A DNA stretch of 64,000 nt from Guillardia theta CCMP2712. Lineage: Eukaryota > Protista > Cryptophyta. The DNA lies in contig NW_005434546.1 of NCBI RefSeq assembly GCF_000315625.1, positions 103,981 to 167,980 of the forward strand, read 5' to 3'. The notes under the pieces were generated by a model. It did no database searches and had not been told where the DNA came from. It worked only from the letters and a program-made list of their open reading frames with translations. The position numbers were made by a program, and so were the translations under genes. Positions 1 through 13,000 of this stretch are shown piece after piece (the stretch's first letter is position 1; each line of letters begins with the position of its first letter).

Positions 1-189
1 AGGAGAGGGAGGAGGGGGGATGGGGAGGGGAAGAGAGGGAGGAGGATGGGGATCAAGTGGAGGAGGAGGAGGGAGAAGGGGGGGGGGGGAAGAGGGAGGA
101 GGAGGGGAACAAGTGGTGGAGAAGGAAGGGTAACAGGAAAGGGTGCCATAGAGGGAGGAGGAAGAGGAGGAGGAGTGGATGGAGGTAGT

Positions 190-294
190 GACTGCAGAGC
201 TTTTAGCGATATCTTGAGGTGGGCGGAAGAACTGGATAAGGAGGAGACTGTCCCTCCCCCAACAGCCAGGATGGAAGGTGAGCATGTGAAGTGG

Positions 295-327
<33 letters not shown>

Positions 328-1866
328 AAGGAAACTCTTACTTGTTATGCAGGGATTTTGGATGAATTTGTCGAGGATCTCAAAGCAAGATGGAAGGTAA
401 CAGGAGTGTAGGATGAAGACGAGGAGGGAGGAGAGGAAGAGGAAGGAGTACTAAAGAAGAGGAAGGAGAGGAAGAGGAGGAAGGAAGGAGATCTGCTTGT
501 CTGACTTTCGAGCTCGCAGGACCCTGAGTATGAGAAGAGAATGCAAGGAGAGCTGACATGAGCGTGCGAAACAAGAAAGAAGAGACGGGAGGCAGCGAAC
601 GAGCAAACGAGCGACGACGACGATGACGACGATGATGACGAGGAGGGGGAGGAGGAGGAGGAGGAGGAGAAACGGGAGGCAAGGAAACAAGAGCTCCAAT
701 AAAATACACGAGGAGACGAGCAGGATAAGTCAGCACTCCTGGCGGGCACATCCTGTGTAACGAAGCTCGGAGGCGGGGACCTGCTATGAGTGAGAGAGCA
801 GGAGAGGAAGAGATGAGAGGGAGGGGAGGGAGGGGAGGACGATGGAGAAGTGAAAAAGAGGCAAAGGAGGTGGAGGTAGATAGAGAGGAGGAGAGAGGAA
901 CATGGAGTAATTGGACAGGACCAGCAGGACAAGCATGTGGAGCAGGAGGAAGAGGAGGAGCAAGGGGAACAGGCCAAGCAGGAGGAGCAGGAGGAGCCAG
1001 ACCGTCGGGATGTTGTAGCGGGTGAAGTGCTGGGGCAGAAGGTGTTTGGTACACCTGAAGAGTGTCAGCAGATGAAGAACAGGTGAGAAAATGCGAGGAT
1101 ACGAGAAAAGAAGCAAAGGGAAGAGAGGAGAGGAAAGGAGAAGACAGGGAGGAGAGGAGAGGAGAGGAGAGGAGGACAAAGAGGAATGGAAGAGGAGGAG
1201 GAGGGAAGGGAGGGCAGGGAGAGGAAGGGAGTTCACCAGGGGCAGAGAAACTGTCCAGTCTCAGGAGCGAAGGTTGAGGGATAACCGAGGGTCGGAGCCT
1301 CCACGTTCTTGTGCCGTACGATGTCTCGTTCGCGCTCTTTCTTCAGCAGCTCCAGCTCGTCCTGCTGGAGGTTGAGAGAACATGCAGGAGAGAGGGGGGA
1401 AAGGGCGGAGCGAGGAGCGAGGTAGAAGGAGGGAGAAGGGAGGTGGGAGGAGGGGAAGGGAAAAGAAGAGGGAGAAAGAGAGTAGGAACAGGGGGAGCAG
1501 AAGGAGGGAGGAGGGAGGTGGGAGGATGGAGGTGGGAGGAGGGGAAGGGAAAGGGAGAGGGAGAAAGAGAGTAGGAACAGGGAAGAGCGTAGAAGGGGGA
1601 GGGAGGAGAGGGATGAGCGTAAGTGGGAAGGGAGGTGAAAGAGGGAGAGAGCCGAGCGCAGGAGACGAGACATTGTAGAAACGAGGAGAGGAGGAAGGTG
1701 CGGCAGGAAGAGGAGGAGAGGAGTCTCTGAGGACACAAAGAAGCAGAGGTGTAAATTCGAGTGCTGATAGAGGAGGAGTAGATTCATAGGATAATGGATG
1801 CCGAAGGAGTCGAGGGGCAGACAAGAACGAATAAATCACGAACAGAAGGGAAACGATGAGGAGTTT

Positions 1867-1901
<35 letters not shown>

Positions 1902-1902
1902 A

Positions 1903-1973
<71 letters not shown>

Positions 1974-4957
1974 AAGCAGGTCACCTTGTATCTCTGCCAT
2001 TTCTGTGCTCTTGCCTCATAGTACTGGTGGATGGCACTGCCTGTTCCCAACCATCAGGTGAAACTCAAGGACCCTCAGAGATCATGACTTCTCATCTGAT
2101 CGTCGGAGTTCGCCTCCTCCGCCCTCCTCTGTTTCTGTTGGGTATTACCATCATTACCTCCTCCTCCTCCTCTTCATCATCCTTTTCTTCTTCTTCTGCT
2201 TCTCTCTCCTCCTCCTGATCCTCCACCACCACTACCATCCTCCTTTCCTCCTCCTCCTCCTCCTCGCTTACTCGATATGTCTCTATCACGTCCGTCTTGA
2301 CCTCGTCGAAGTTTCGGAGTTCGCGCTCCAGCTTGAGGTTCGTGGAGTTGAACTTGGTCCCTGCTCCCCTGCTCCCCGTCACCTCCGCTCCCTCCTCCTC
2401 CTCCTCGTCACTCACTGAACTCCCCTCGCTGCTGCATCTCGCTGCTCCTCCTGCTCTCGGCAAGTTTTCAGAGTTGGAAGCAGAAAGATCCAATGAGAGT
2501 GGAAGCAGAGCTGAGCTGAGCAGGAAGAGGAGGAGGAAGAGGAGATATTGGTGGCAGCGGTGGTTGTAAGGAAGGAGAAGGAGGAGCAAGGGGAAGCGAG
2601 AGGAAGGAAGGACGGCGGAAGGAGTGAGAGGCGGAAGGAAAGGGATCGAAGTAGAGCGAGGGGGAGACAGAGGGTTTGCCTTCAGCTCGTCAAGCTTTCG
2701 AGAAAGACAGAAGGAGCAATCTTCTTCTACAAGAGGATGAAACCTTCGAGGAGGAATCAAACTTCACAACTTGACGAAACCTATCATAGTCTTTTCTTCC
2801 TCATCATCCTTCTCCTCCTCCTCCTCCTCCTCCACCTCCTCCTCCTCCTCCGTTTCTCGTGATGACGATCAACATCATCATCATCATCATCATCTTGTTG
2901 GAGATGATGATCCTACTGATCACAGGGGGGGGGGTGGTGGTTGTTGTCCTCCTCCTCCTCCTCCTCCTCCTCCTCCTCCTCCTCCTCCTCCTCCTCCTCC
3001 TCCTCCTCCTCCTCCGTGTCCTTGTCTTCCTCCTCCTTGTCCTCCCTCATCATCCTACTTATTCACAAGCAACTTGATTTTTCTTCTCCTCCTCCCTGCC
3101 TCTCCTCCACCTCTCAATCTCCTTGCCTTTCCCTCCCCTCCCCAAGGGGTTCTTGATCTGATCTCCCTCCTCTCTCCCTCTCCTCTCTCTCCCTCCTCTC
3201 TCTCTCCTCCCTCTCCGCTCGTCACCTATGGTTGCTCTTTGTCTGAGTGAGTCGGGACAAGTTGTCCTGGTCTACTGTGATCTTGGGCGCGTGAACCTCG
3301 TTGGAGTGCTCGATGCTCATGAAAGGAATGCTGACGAGGAGACATATCAAACGAGAGGTGTCGATGAGAGCAGAGAAGAAGAGAAGAGAAAAAAGGTAGG
3401 AGAGCAACTGAAGGACAGAGGAAGGGAGGAGGGCGGGAGAACGAGGGGAGGAGCAGGTCGTACGAGCAGTCCCAGCAGTAGACGCGCGAGGTTGCATGAG
3501 TGACTGCGCACTTGACGCGCGGCTGACATGACAAGCTGAGATAGTGGAGCATGACAAGGAGGGTCACCTGGTCTGCAAACAAGATCTGAATGTGAAAGTC
3601 GTCGCCCAGTTGCTTGCTGTCAAACTTTTAACGCGCTGCAAATCTGCTGGGGAAGCTGGCAGACCGGAGGTTCTTGGGGATGCGGTCAAAGCAGGACTTG
3701 TCAAATACCATCGGAGTGTGATCTATGAAACCTACGAGCACATCACATTACCATCATCATCATGATCATCACCAACAACAACAACACCTTCTACATCAAC
3801 AAGCACATTATCACCGAACTCAACTTTGAACGCATCATGAACAAACATATCATAATATGACAACACCACCATCACCATCGAAATCATCACCATCACCATC
3901 GAAATCGACATAATGTCGAGCACTTCATACGTCCCTCCTCCTCCTCTACCAGTGTTGAACCAGAGCTGGCAGACCAGGACGAAGGGAGAGGAATGATACT
4001 TCCTGCCATACACCCGCACGCAGACATCTCCCGCCACCCTGACGTCGCACCTCAGGAGGGGACGAGACCAAGTCCCACCAGAGCTCCTCACCTCAACCGT
4101 TTGTCAAAATGAAAGATGACGTATTTTGACGTGTCGTTGATTGGCATTCCTGAGGGCCGGGTGAGAGGAGGAGCTGAGCGTTGGATAGTGACCTTCGTTC
4201 TTTCCCTTTGAGTTGTAGACGATCTGCTCAGAAGACGCGTTTCCCTGCGAGGGAGGATGACGTCCTGCTGACATCTCCTCCTCCTCCTTCTCCTCCTTCC
4301 CCTCCTCCAACCTTGTCCGACCCTGTGATGTTCATCGAGATGACCAGCCGCAGCTTCCCCATGCTCAGCTCGGAGTTGGAGATAACGATCCGACTGATCT
4401 CAGCTGGGCCTGTGCTGGGCGTCAACCTCCCGATGCTCTTCCATCTTGACTCACCGGGTTTGGCAGCAAATCGCTGGGAGAAGTAACCGACGTAACTGCA
4501 GAAGCGTCGGAGAGGTGGGAGAGGAGGAGGGGTAGGCACTTACCGGATCTGGGAGGGGATAGACACTCCTCCCTCCCCGTTCCTCATCCTCCTCCACGAG
4601 TAGAACTTGATGGCCTAGTAGCCCTTGGGGTCAAGAGGGGAGAGGAGGGAGGAGGGAGGAAAGGGGCAAGGGGGACTAGGGGGCAAGGGCGACCTCTGTA
4701 GCAGACGGGAACAACTGTCTGTAGGCGTACAGCTGGAAGTAGTGAGGCTACGGCAGAAGGCAGTGGGCAAGGGGCATACAAGGTAGCAGCAGATCATAAG
4801 CCCCGTCCGTCCCTTGCCAGCCTGTGAGGATGGGACAGAGGTTCAGCAATCTGACTAGCGGGGGAACTTCATGGTGTAAAGACCTTGCAATGAGCGAAGA
4901 CAACATTCCCTGAAAGATCCTCTCAGCAAACAAGCAAAGGTACGGTATGAGGAAAGA

Positions 4958-5036
<79 letters not shown>

Positions 5037-6085
5037 TCAGACCTGGTTGGGCGAGGTGGGCGGCAGTCATCTGACAGAAGGTCTGCATCTGATGGTGTGG
5101 CTCAGCTCTCGCTCGAGCGCGCGCGTCCAGCGACTCACCTGGACCAGGGAAGGCACTCCATGGTCGAGGAAGGCGCAATCCGTGCAGACCTGCGATAGTA
5201 TAAGAGGGGAAGGAGGAGACAAGAGGGAGAATGAGTTGCCTTGGGGAACTTTGCGAAGTTGTAGAGACATTCATCAGCCTCCCCGACAAGATTCATGACA
5301 AGGACCTTTTCGAAGTCTCAAACGAGCTGCTTACTGCACAGCAACTAAGCGCTACCTTCCCACGATGTTTCTTGTTGATGAACCGAATGACTTCATTGAT
5401 ATGGTTTCTCGTGACTCTTTCTATCAGCGTCTGCCACTTGCTGTGAGTGGCAACAACAAGACGGAGACGTCGTACCCGCTCTGCCGGATATCCGAAGGCC
5501 ACGAGGTTTGGAGTGATGTATCTGAGTACGCTCTCAGGGAGCAAGAGCATGGGTTGATAGTTATCTCCGCTTACCGTAAGTCCAGGTTGAACCCGTCCAT
5601 CTCATAGCGGATCCTCCCTTGTGAGACCAGCGATCGAAACTTGTAAATTATGCAATAAGTAGAGCAGCAATGGGCGCGAGGCTTGACTACCCAATCAAAC
5701 ACGGAGAAAGGACCTCGGATGAAGAATGGAGCTAGTGAAGAAGAGCCATCTACGATCAACCGATCAACAACTCATGACGCGTTCTCGGAGACAACAACAC
5801 CTTTCCCAGTGTCCGAGTCGTTGACTTGATTGACTGCATAAGTAGAGGAGTCTTTATCCTTGTTCGTTTGCTCTGAGAGCAAACAGCTTCAAAAACAAGT
5901 CCTCAATTGAGCGGTATAACCACAACCAGCTATTGTAGCGAAGATTGCTTTCCACTTGGCACTGGATTGGAAAGCCTGACCAATTTGTCTAAGGAAGCTG
6001 CTAGGAATCAGATTGGAGTACAAACCTGCTGCATTTGACTTCCCTGCTGTGAGTTGGAAAAGGCATTCTTCTGCAATTCTGCCAT
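190..6085 (-). CDS. PTEN: PTEN/TPTE-like lipid/protein phosphatase with C2 domain and long low-complexity C-terminal extension (multi-exon; start and 3' end uncertain)
   Basis: Spliced exons give RSLVSQGRIRYEMDGFNLDL (~5640-5578), YITPNLVAFGYPAE, FLDHGVPSL (WPD-loop equivalent), an intact signature HCK|AGKGRTGLMICCYL split by an intron (4892-4884, then 4821-4780), GVSIPSQIR (~4570-4545) and the C2 motif GDVCVRVY...CQLWFNTG (~4035-3950). The core 3570-5650 is solid. Exons below ~3500 and the ATG at 6085 are tentative. Confidence 0.85.
1869..1971 (+). repeat. (GACGAG)n hexanucleotide microsatellite, intronic
   Basis: About 17 near-perfect tandem copies. Confidence 0.95.
2948..3014 (+). repeat. 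(CCT)n microsatellite, intronic
   Basis: Perfect trinucleotide run. Similar runs occur at ~15189-15245, ~18589-18735 and 43323-43390. Confidence 0.95.
4959..5035 (+). repeat. (GGCA)n tetranucleotide microsatellite in a PTEN intron
   Basis: About 19 tandem copies with one slip. Confidence 0.95.
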
Positions 6086-6392
6086 GGACCCAAGTTAATC
6101 CAAAACTATCTCCTCATCTCTCCTCTTCACCTCCTTACCTGCTCTGCTCCCCTCGAACGTCACATTTCCTGTCTTCGCCGCTCGTACCATGATGACCCCG
6201 CGGCTCCTCAAATTGACTAGCCTCCTCACCTCTCATCCCCCAACAGGCTTAGCCATGCCAGCCAGATAGCAGGTCAAATTGATAGCTGTGTCCTGAGCTG
6301 TGTCGCGCAGCCTAGTGACTACTGAGCTCGCGCCTCAGTTGCTCGGAAGGCTTGTTTCTTGTGCACTTAGAACTCGGTCTTGACCCAAACCT

Positions 6393-6760
6393 GTCAACAC
6401 CGGTATGCCGGGCTGCGGATCGGACGTTGACAGTGACGCGGCCCGGTGAGCGGTACGGCCGCGCGTACGGTACGGGGATCGCCCACCCTCGGATCCGAGA
6501 AGTTCGCCTGCTCAGCTCCCGATTGCTTTAGCGGCGTGCATGGCGCCCCCCCGGAAAGCCGCGGAGTCCCCGCGGCCGCCGTCCCCGGCAGCCCGAGCCT
6601 CTGCGGGCCGGCCCCCCTCCACTGGCAGCCGCCGGGCCGGGCCCGCCCCGGCTCAGCTCGGGAGTCGTCACTGGGACCGGGACTCGAGTCCCGGACCTGG
6701 GACCGCCGCCGTTGAGGAGTTAGCGTTACTACGGTTACAGAAATCCATTCAGTTAGGTAC
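6393..6760. promoter_or_regulatory. CCGG/GGCC-rich island between divergently transcribed PTEN and channel genes
   Basis: Abrupt very high GC and CpG content in the head-to-head intergenic region. A regulatory role is inferred. Confidence 0.5.
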
Positions 6761-7005
6761 GGCATCCATGCAGACCCAGCCGGCAAGAGGCGCCGGGTTG
6801 CAACACACGGCAGGAGGAGATGGCGAAGAAAAGGAGAGACAGGAGATGCTGTGAAGGAGAAGAGCTTAGTCCAAGAGACGCTTGCTGCTAGAGTTGCTTG
6901 TCGCTTTGCGGTCGAGAGGTGGGCGAGTCACAGATGAAGAAACAAACTGAACAAGGTTGATCTGAACGCAACAAGACCGGGGAGGCTTGATCAAACGGCG
7001 AGAAC

Positions 7006-10000
7006 ATGTCAGACGACAAACTTTCCTTTGTGAGGAAAGAGCTTGGAGATCAAATGGAGGGCATCAAGAAAGAATGGGAGAATGCAGGTACTGAAAGGCC
7101 TGGAACATGATGAATCCCTGTGACCCAAGGTATGCAGTTAGCAAACAGCACGACGCGCCGCCAGGATTGTCATCGTCCGAGTACCAGAAGTATATCACCT
7201 TCATGGGCCCTTGCTCCCTTGACCTCTTTGAATGCCAGATGGAAATTCAATCAGTCGGAGAAGGCAAAGAAACGACTGTCGGACCTTGAGGTAGCCTGAC
7301 AGCAGTCTTTACATGATTGATTTGACCATGTTGCAGGAGAAGCTCAAACGACTACAACTGTTGGAACAGAAGCTAAGGCGCTTGAAGAACGTGGGAGAAG
7401 ATGTTCAAGAGAATGTGCGACACACTCCTGCATCCTTGAGGGAAGTCACATCTCCCCAGATACCTCTGGACATACAACTACCTAACGCAGCCACTGCTGC
7501 TGCTTCCCCCACGGCGCTGCCCGCTCCTGTCCAAGAGCCTCTGTATGTGTGCGATGGGGCGGATGAAAGTGATTGACTTACCTACAAGGCTGGACAATGG
7601 TTTTGAGAATGCTAATCCGCTAAATAAGGTTCAAACCTACGATAAACCTCAGTAATGCGCATCCCAACCTTGATGCTTGACCCTGTGCTAATTGGGCGAC
7701 TGCGCAGTGAAATGCCGCAATATATCCGGCCGCTATCTCCAAGCACACTCCGAAACATCATTCGAGAGGAGATGAGCTACAAACAAGGTGATGATGTTGC
7801 GCACTGCATCATGAACTCTTTAGTTGATGTGATGACAGAGAAAGGAGAGAGATCGCAAAGACAGGATGCAACCTTGGATAATGTCCCCAATCTTATCGCG
7901 AGCTACAAGACGCTGACAAACTAGTCTCTTTGCAGGGCCATGAAGATAAAGACAAGAAATTGAATCATTGGGACACGTTTGATGGGGGTGACGACGACAA
8001 AAATCCGGAACACATGCATGTGGAGATATCAGACCCCAAGAAACCGGTCACCTTGTTTGCTGTTTGCATGCGACATTTGACAACATATACAGAAAAAGCT
8101 CCTAACATTGGAAGATTTCGTTCCTGTCAGCTGTCCGTACTTCTTCGGAGGATTCAACAGGAGAAGTCTGATCCGACAGCAATGCTTCGAGATCTATAAG
8201 AGTGTAAAGTGGTCCACATTCTTCTTGATGGTAATATGTCGCTCTGTCTCTAGATGGTCTCAAACCCTTCCAGGTTGTTTTGTCAAACAGCATCTACATC
8301 GCCCTCTATCCAGCCTACATCGACTTTCGAAATGGATCTACCTTTGCAAGATCATTTCAAATATTTGATGGGCTGTGTTTTGCAGTCATGCTCTTCGAAG
8401 CTCTTTGCGGCATCATTGCATGTGGGCTGTACTCTGCGGAGTCCACATGGTTGCGGTCGACGGACATGCACAAGATTGAGCTCTTCATCATCACAGTCAC
8501 TGGCGTAGAGTACCTGGGGAAACTTTTGGCTTATCCCTTCCTCAACCTCAGGGCTTTTCGTCTGCTGCGAATTTTTCGCATTCTCACGAAAATCAGAGCG
8601 CTTGCAGGGGTGAAGGCGATCATCCTCACCCTCAAGCAGGTGTGTAATGATGTACTGTCAGCCGCTTGTAGCTCCTCATGCTCTTGTTTCCCAGGGTCTC
8701 CAGCAGCTTGCCACCATATTCGCCATGTTGACCTTCCTGATGGCTGCGTTTGCCATCTTCGGGAACTCGATCTACGCGAGGTCATACAGGAGGAGATGTG
8801 TCACGCTGTCGCGTCAAATCCCAGCATGCGCCTCTGACTCCTCCACCGGGTGGGCTAACACCTGTGACCTGCACAACCTGAGTGCTACCAAGACTCAGGC
8901 CCCCGGTCAGGTTGCCATAGCCGGCGGTTATCCGTTCGAGACCTGGTGCAAAATATACGCGATAGCCATTCCTGCTGGGCAGCCCGTGCCGGAGAATTTG
9001 ACGTACCCTGTGATCCAAGACGCCAAGAGCATCGCGTCCTACAACAAGAAGTACCCGCGCGACCCCTACGGGCGATACCACAGCTGTCAGATGAGCGAGT
9101 TTGATGCGGGGAAACCTGTCACTGAAATGTGCGACGACCTGGGAAGAGAAGGCAACCCCAACAATGGCTTCGCAAACTTTGACAACATCGGAGATGGGAT
9201 GCTTGTCATCAGCCAACTGGTAGCGCCTGACAGCTCGTACGACTTCCTGTTGCGATCGATTGAGAGTGAGCCCGAGGCGATGATTGGCACCTACTTCTTG
9301 TGGGCCATGATCACCATCTTGTGTACGTTCTTGATGGTCGGAATCTTCGTGGCTGTGGTGACTGGGACGTTCAAGAAAGTGAGAGAAGCGAGTCAGACAG
9401 GCAAGAGTGGCTTCCTTGAATCTGAAGAAGATGCTGAGTTAGAAGACCATACCCGCACTTCAGCCTTCTCTGATATCATGGATGACAACACAGATGGAGA
9501 GGCCGTTGTTCAGAAAGCATCTGCTCGCCTGCTAAAGAACAAGTACTTCAGGCATTTCACCAACCTAGTGATGATGGTTCATGGCGTGGCGATGGCTGGA
9601 AACCAGTACGATGCTCCGGTGCAGTGGCAGCAGAATGCTTACTGGAGTTTCTTGTTCTGTAATCTTTACTTCATGTCTGAATCCTTGCTGAGACTGATAG
9701 AAAGCGGCGGCGTGGTGAAGTTTTGGAAGGATAATTTCAACAAATTCGAATTCGTTTTGGTTCTAGTTGGAATGATTGGGGTAATCACATATGATCCCAT
9801 CTTGTTGCTGCTTCCCGCGTTGAGATTTTATCGGCTCATGAGTTATTTTCCTACTCTGGAATCGCTTCTATTCTCAGCTGTTTCAAGTGTGCAAGCGATT
9901 GCAAATGTCTTCATTTTCATTGTCATGGTTGGCATTTGTTTTGTCATAGCTGGAAGGTATATCTTGAACTGTGACATTTCTGTCTCAGAGAATTGCATGA

Positions 10001-13000
10001 GAGACTTGACACGATCTAACTTTAGCTCCTTCATTCTGGCCAGCTTGACCATGTTTCAGCTTCTCATCGGAGATTCATGGTCAGGAGTTCTTTATAGTTC
10101 CTTGTATGCAAAAGACTCTACATCAATGCAGATATTTGTCTGCCTTTTCATAATGTCTTGGTTTGTTTTTGCGAGCTTGATCTTGAATAATCTCTTCGTT
10201 GCGGTGATCATCGAAAACTTCGAGATATCGGTAACAATCGAGAACATAGGAAAACCAGGAAACGCAGCAAAAGTCCGTGAGTTGTTCAAGAAGGCATATG
10301 AGGGATTCTACAAAGCAAACTCTCGCATCATCGGAAGGAACCTGGAGTCTCGAGGACAATCGGTTCCTTCACTCTTACCGGCAAGGTCCAGACTGAAACT
10401 TCAGAAGCTCCAGGAGGAGGCCATGCACGAGGCCCTGCCTTCAGCCAAGGCGGACGACCTGATACCCAACTACCATCAAGGAGGAGCCGATGAGTCGCAC
10501 ATCTCCAAGATCTTGAAGGAAGTCACAAACCTCACTGTGGTCAAGACTGTGGTGGATGAGATCCTAGAGGAGCGCGTCCTATTCTTCTTTTATCCGTACA
10601 GCCCGATCCGCAGGTTTTTCGTCTGGTTGGGCAAGCAATACATCTTCGACCTGTTTGTGTACTCCGCCATCCTCGGAAGCTGCTTCTTCCTCATCATCAC
10701 TCCGCCATACGAGGACATGGGCTATGACCCAATCGTGAGTTACACTGCGATGGCGTACTGGAACCGTGTGTTTGTTTTTGTCTTCACAGTTGAGTTCGGC
10801 TGCAAGATCATGGCGAATGGTCTCTACTTCACGCAGACTGCCTACCTCAAGAGCGGGTGGAACAAGATGGATACTCTGGTTCTCATGTTCGCATGGATTG
10901 AGGAGTCGGGGGTCTTGACGCAAGGGAAACTAGCCAAGGTCGTCAGGATGTCACGAGCTCTGCGGCCTCTGCGACTGATGAAGAGGAACGAAGGGATGCG
11001 AGTGGTGATTGATGCTCTCATCAGCACGCTCTTGCCTGTCTGGTATGTCATCATCTTCGCCGTCTTCACGTTCATCGTCGGCGCACTCATGGCTGTTGGG
11101 CTGTTTGGAGGGAAGCTGAAATATTGCAATACCCCGGTAGCAGACTTCCCGCTGGGAAAGAAGGAATGTATGGGCTACTATGTGAATGACGCGGGATATA
11201 TGATCCCTTCGGCGTGGAACAACCCGGACTTCAACTTTGACTCTTTTTACTCGGCGATGATCAGCCTGTTCAGAGTCACGACATTCAAGTACGTCAGTAT
11301 CATCTTTGCTTGCATGGACATCACAAACATCGATCAGAGCCCTTCGACCAACTACAGCCCCATCAACTCACTCTTCTTCGTTGTCTACTTGATCATAGGA
11401 GGACTCTTTGTGATGAACTTGTTCGTCGGCTTCATCATTGATGGGTTCAACGCAAACAAAGGATCCTCCCCTCAAGAAGTTCTCTTTCATCGCTTCACGC
11501 GTCAGGTCAACTCTCACCGACCATACTACGAGTACTTCAAGAGGCCCAAGAATATTGTTAGTACATTGTTCCAGAGAGTTGCTGAAAGTAGAACGTTCCA
11601 GACATGGTCGACTACCTGTGTTTGTATCAACGTCATATTCATGTTGATGGAGAACACAGATTCAGGAAAAACCTTGAAGACTATCTTGACGTTGCAGAAC
11701 GACGTCTTCTTCGGTCTACTCGTCTTTGAAGTGTGTATCTTCCTCATTGCTTACGGGCCAGGAGGCTTCTACAACGATCCTTGGAAGGGGTTTGACCTGT
11801 TTGTAGCCCTTGGAACCGGCTCGGGCTACATCGCCAACAATCCAAAAATCAGCGCAGGGGCGAGGGTGTTTCGACTGATGAGGGTGATAAGGCTCATGAA
11901 AGCTTTCAAGCCCATCAGGATCATCATGGAGACCTTCCTGCAGAGCATCAAGCAGCTTCTCAACATCGTCGTCCTTCTATTCCTCGTCTACTCCATGTTT
12001 GCCGTGGTGTTCGTCCAAGTCTTCGGGGTAGTCAAGTACGGAAGCAGGATCGGGCCGACTGCTAACTTCGAGACTTTTCCGGTGGCGCTGCAGACGATCT
12101 TCCAGCTGGTGACGGGAGACGAGTGGCAGTCGATGATGGTGGACTGCCAGGTCTCACCTCCAGCATGCACGCTCCAGTTCGAAGGGAAGTCGTTCGGCGA
12201 CTGCGGCAGCTCTCTCTCGTTCCCTTGGTTCGTCTTCTTCAAGCTGGTCTGCGAGAGCGTCATGCTCAACCTCTTCATCGGTATGATCTTAGACAACTTC
12301 AGCTACATCACCGACGACGTCGCTCAGGTCGAGGACAGCAGCTGGACTCACGGTGCCTCGGGCGATCAGATCGCAGTCATGAGCGAAGTGTTCCAGCGGT
12401 ACGACGGCATGACTGGCAGGATGCCTCTGGTCAGCCTGCACTCGCTCTTGCTCGATCTGCCTGCTCCCCTGGGGTTCCTGCAGCCGGACGAGAGCGTGCA
12501 GTACGGCCCCTACGAGAAGGCGTGCGAGGTGCTGGTGCGAGCGGAGCTGAACTTGGCGGTGAGGCACGAGAACAACGAGATCAGCAAGCGGCATGGATTC
12601 TTGCAGAGGTTCCTGAGGCTCGGGGGCCCTAAGAAGCCCAAGTTCTCTTCCTCGGTGTACTTCGAAGACCTGATGCTCGTCCTCCTCTACTGGAGGGTTC
12701 CGCGCATGGTCCCCGAGGCGGTGAAGGAAGCGAGGATGGACCGGGTGGAGGAGGTGGCTCTGATGGCCTACGCCCTCATCATCCACGATTTCTTCAGGCT
12801 CCTCGTCGCTCGGCGCAAGAAGGCGGAGATACGCGACAAGATCGCGGACCGTTTCGAGTTCAGGAACTGGAGCAAGAAGGACTTGCACTACTCGCGTCGT
12901 CTCAAGTACCTGAATGACGTCAGGGAGGTCGGCAAGACGCAGGCGCAGGCTGTGAAGCTCAGCCTCTACGACTTGCTCGTCCACCCTCAAGAAACGGTCG

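Noticed and set aside
46-3250. Many long poly-Pro/Ser/Leu/Arg/Glu ORFs, including a poly-Pro run suggesting a PTEN-formin fusion
   Set aside because: They are translations of GA/CT microsatellite introns. The poly-Pro run is on the strand opposite PTEN, and no FH2 domain is visible.
6394-6854. Pro/Arg/Gly/Ala-rich ORFs in the GC islands (also at 24915-25413, 53996-54178 and 56726-56941)
   Set aside because: They are stop-poor because of extreme GC content, and show no motifs or splice structure.
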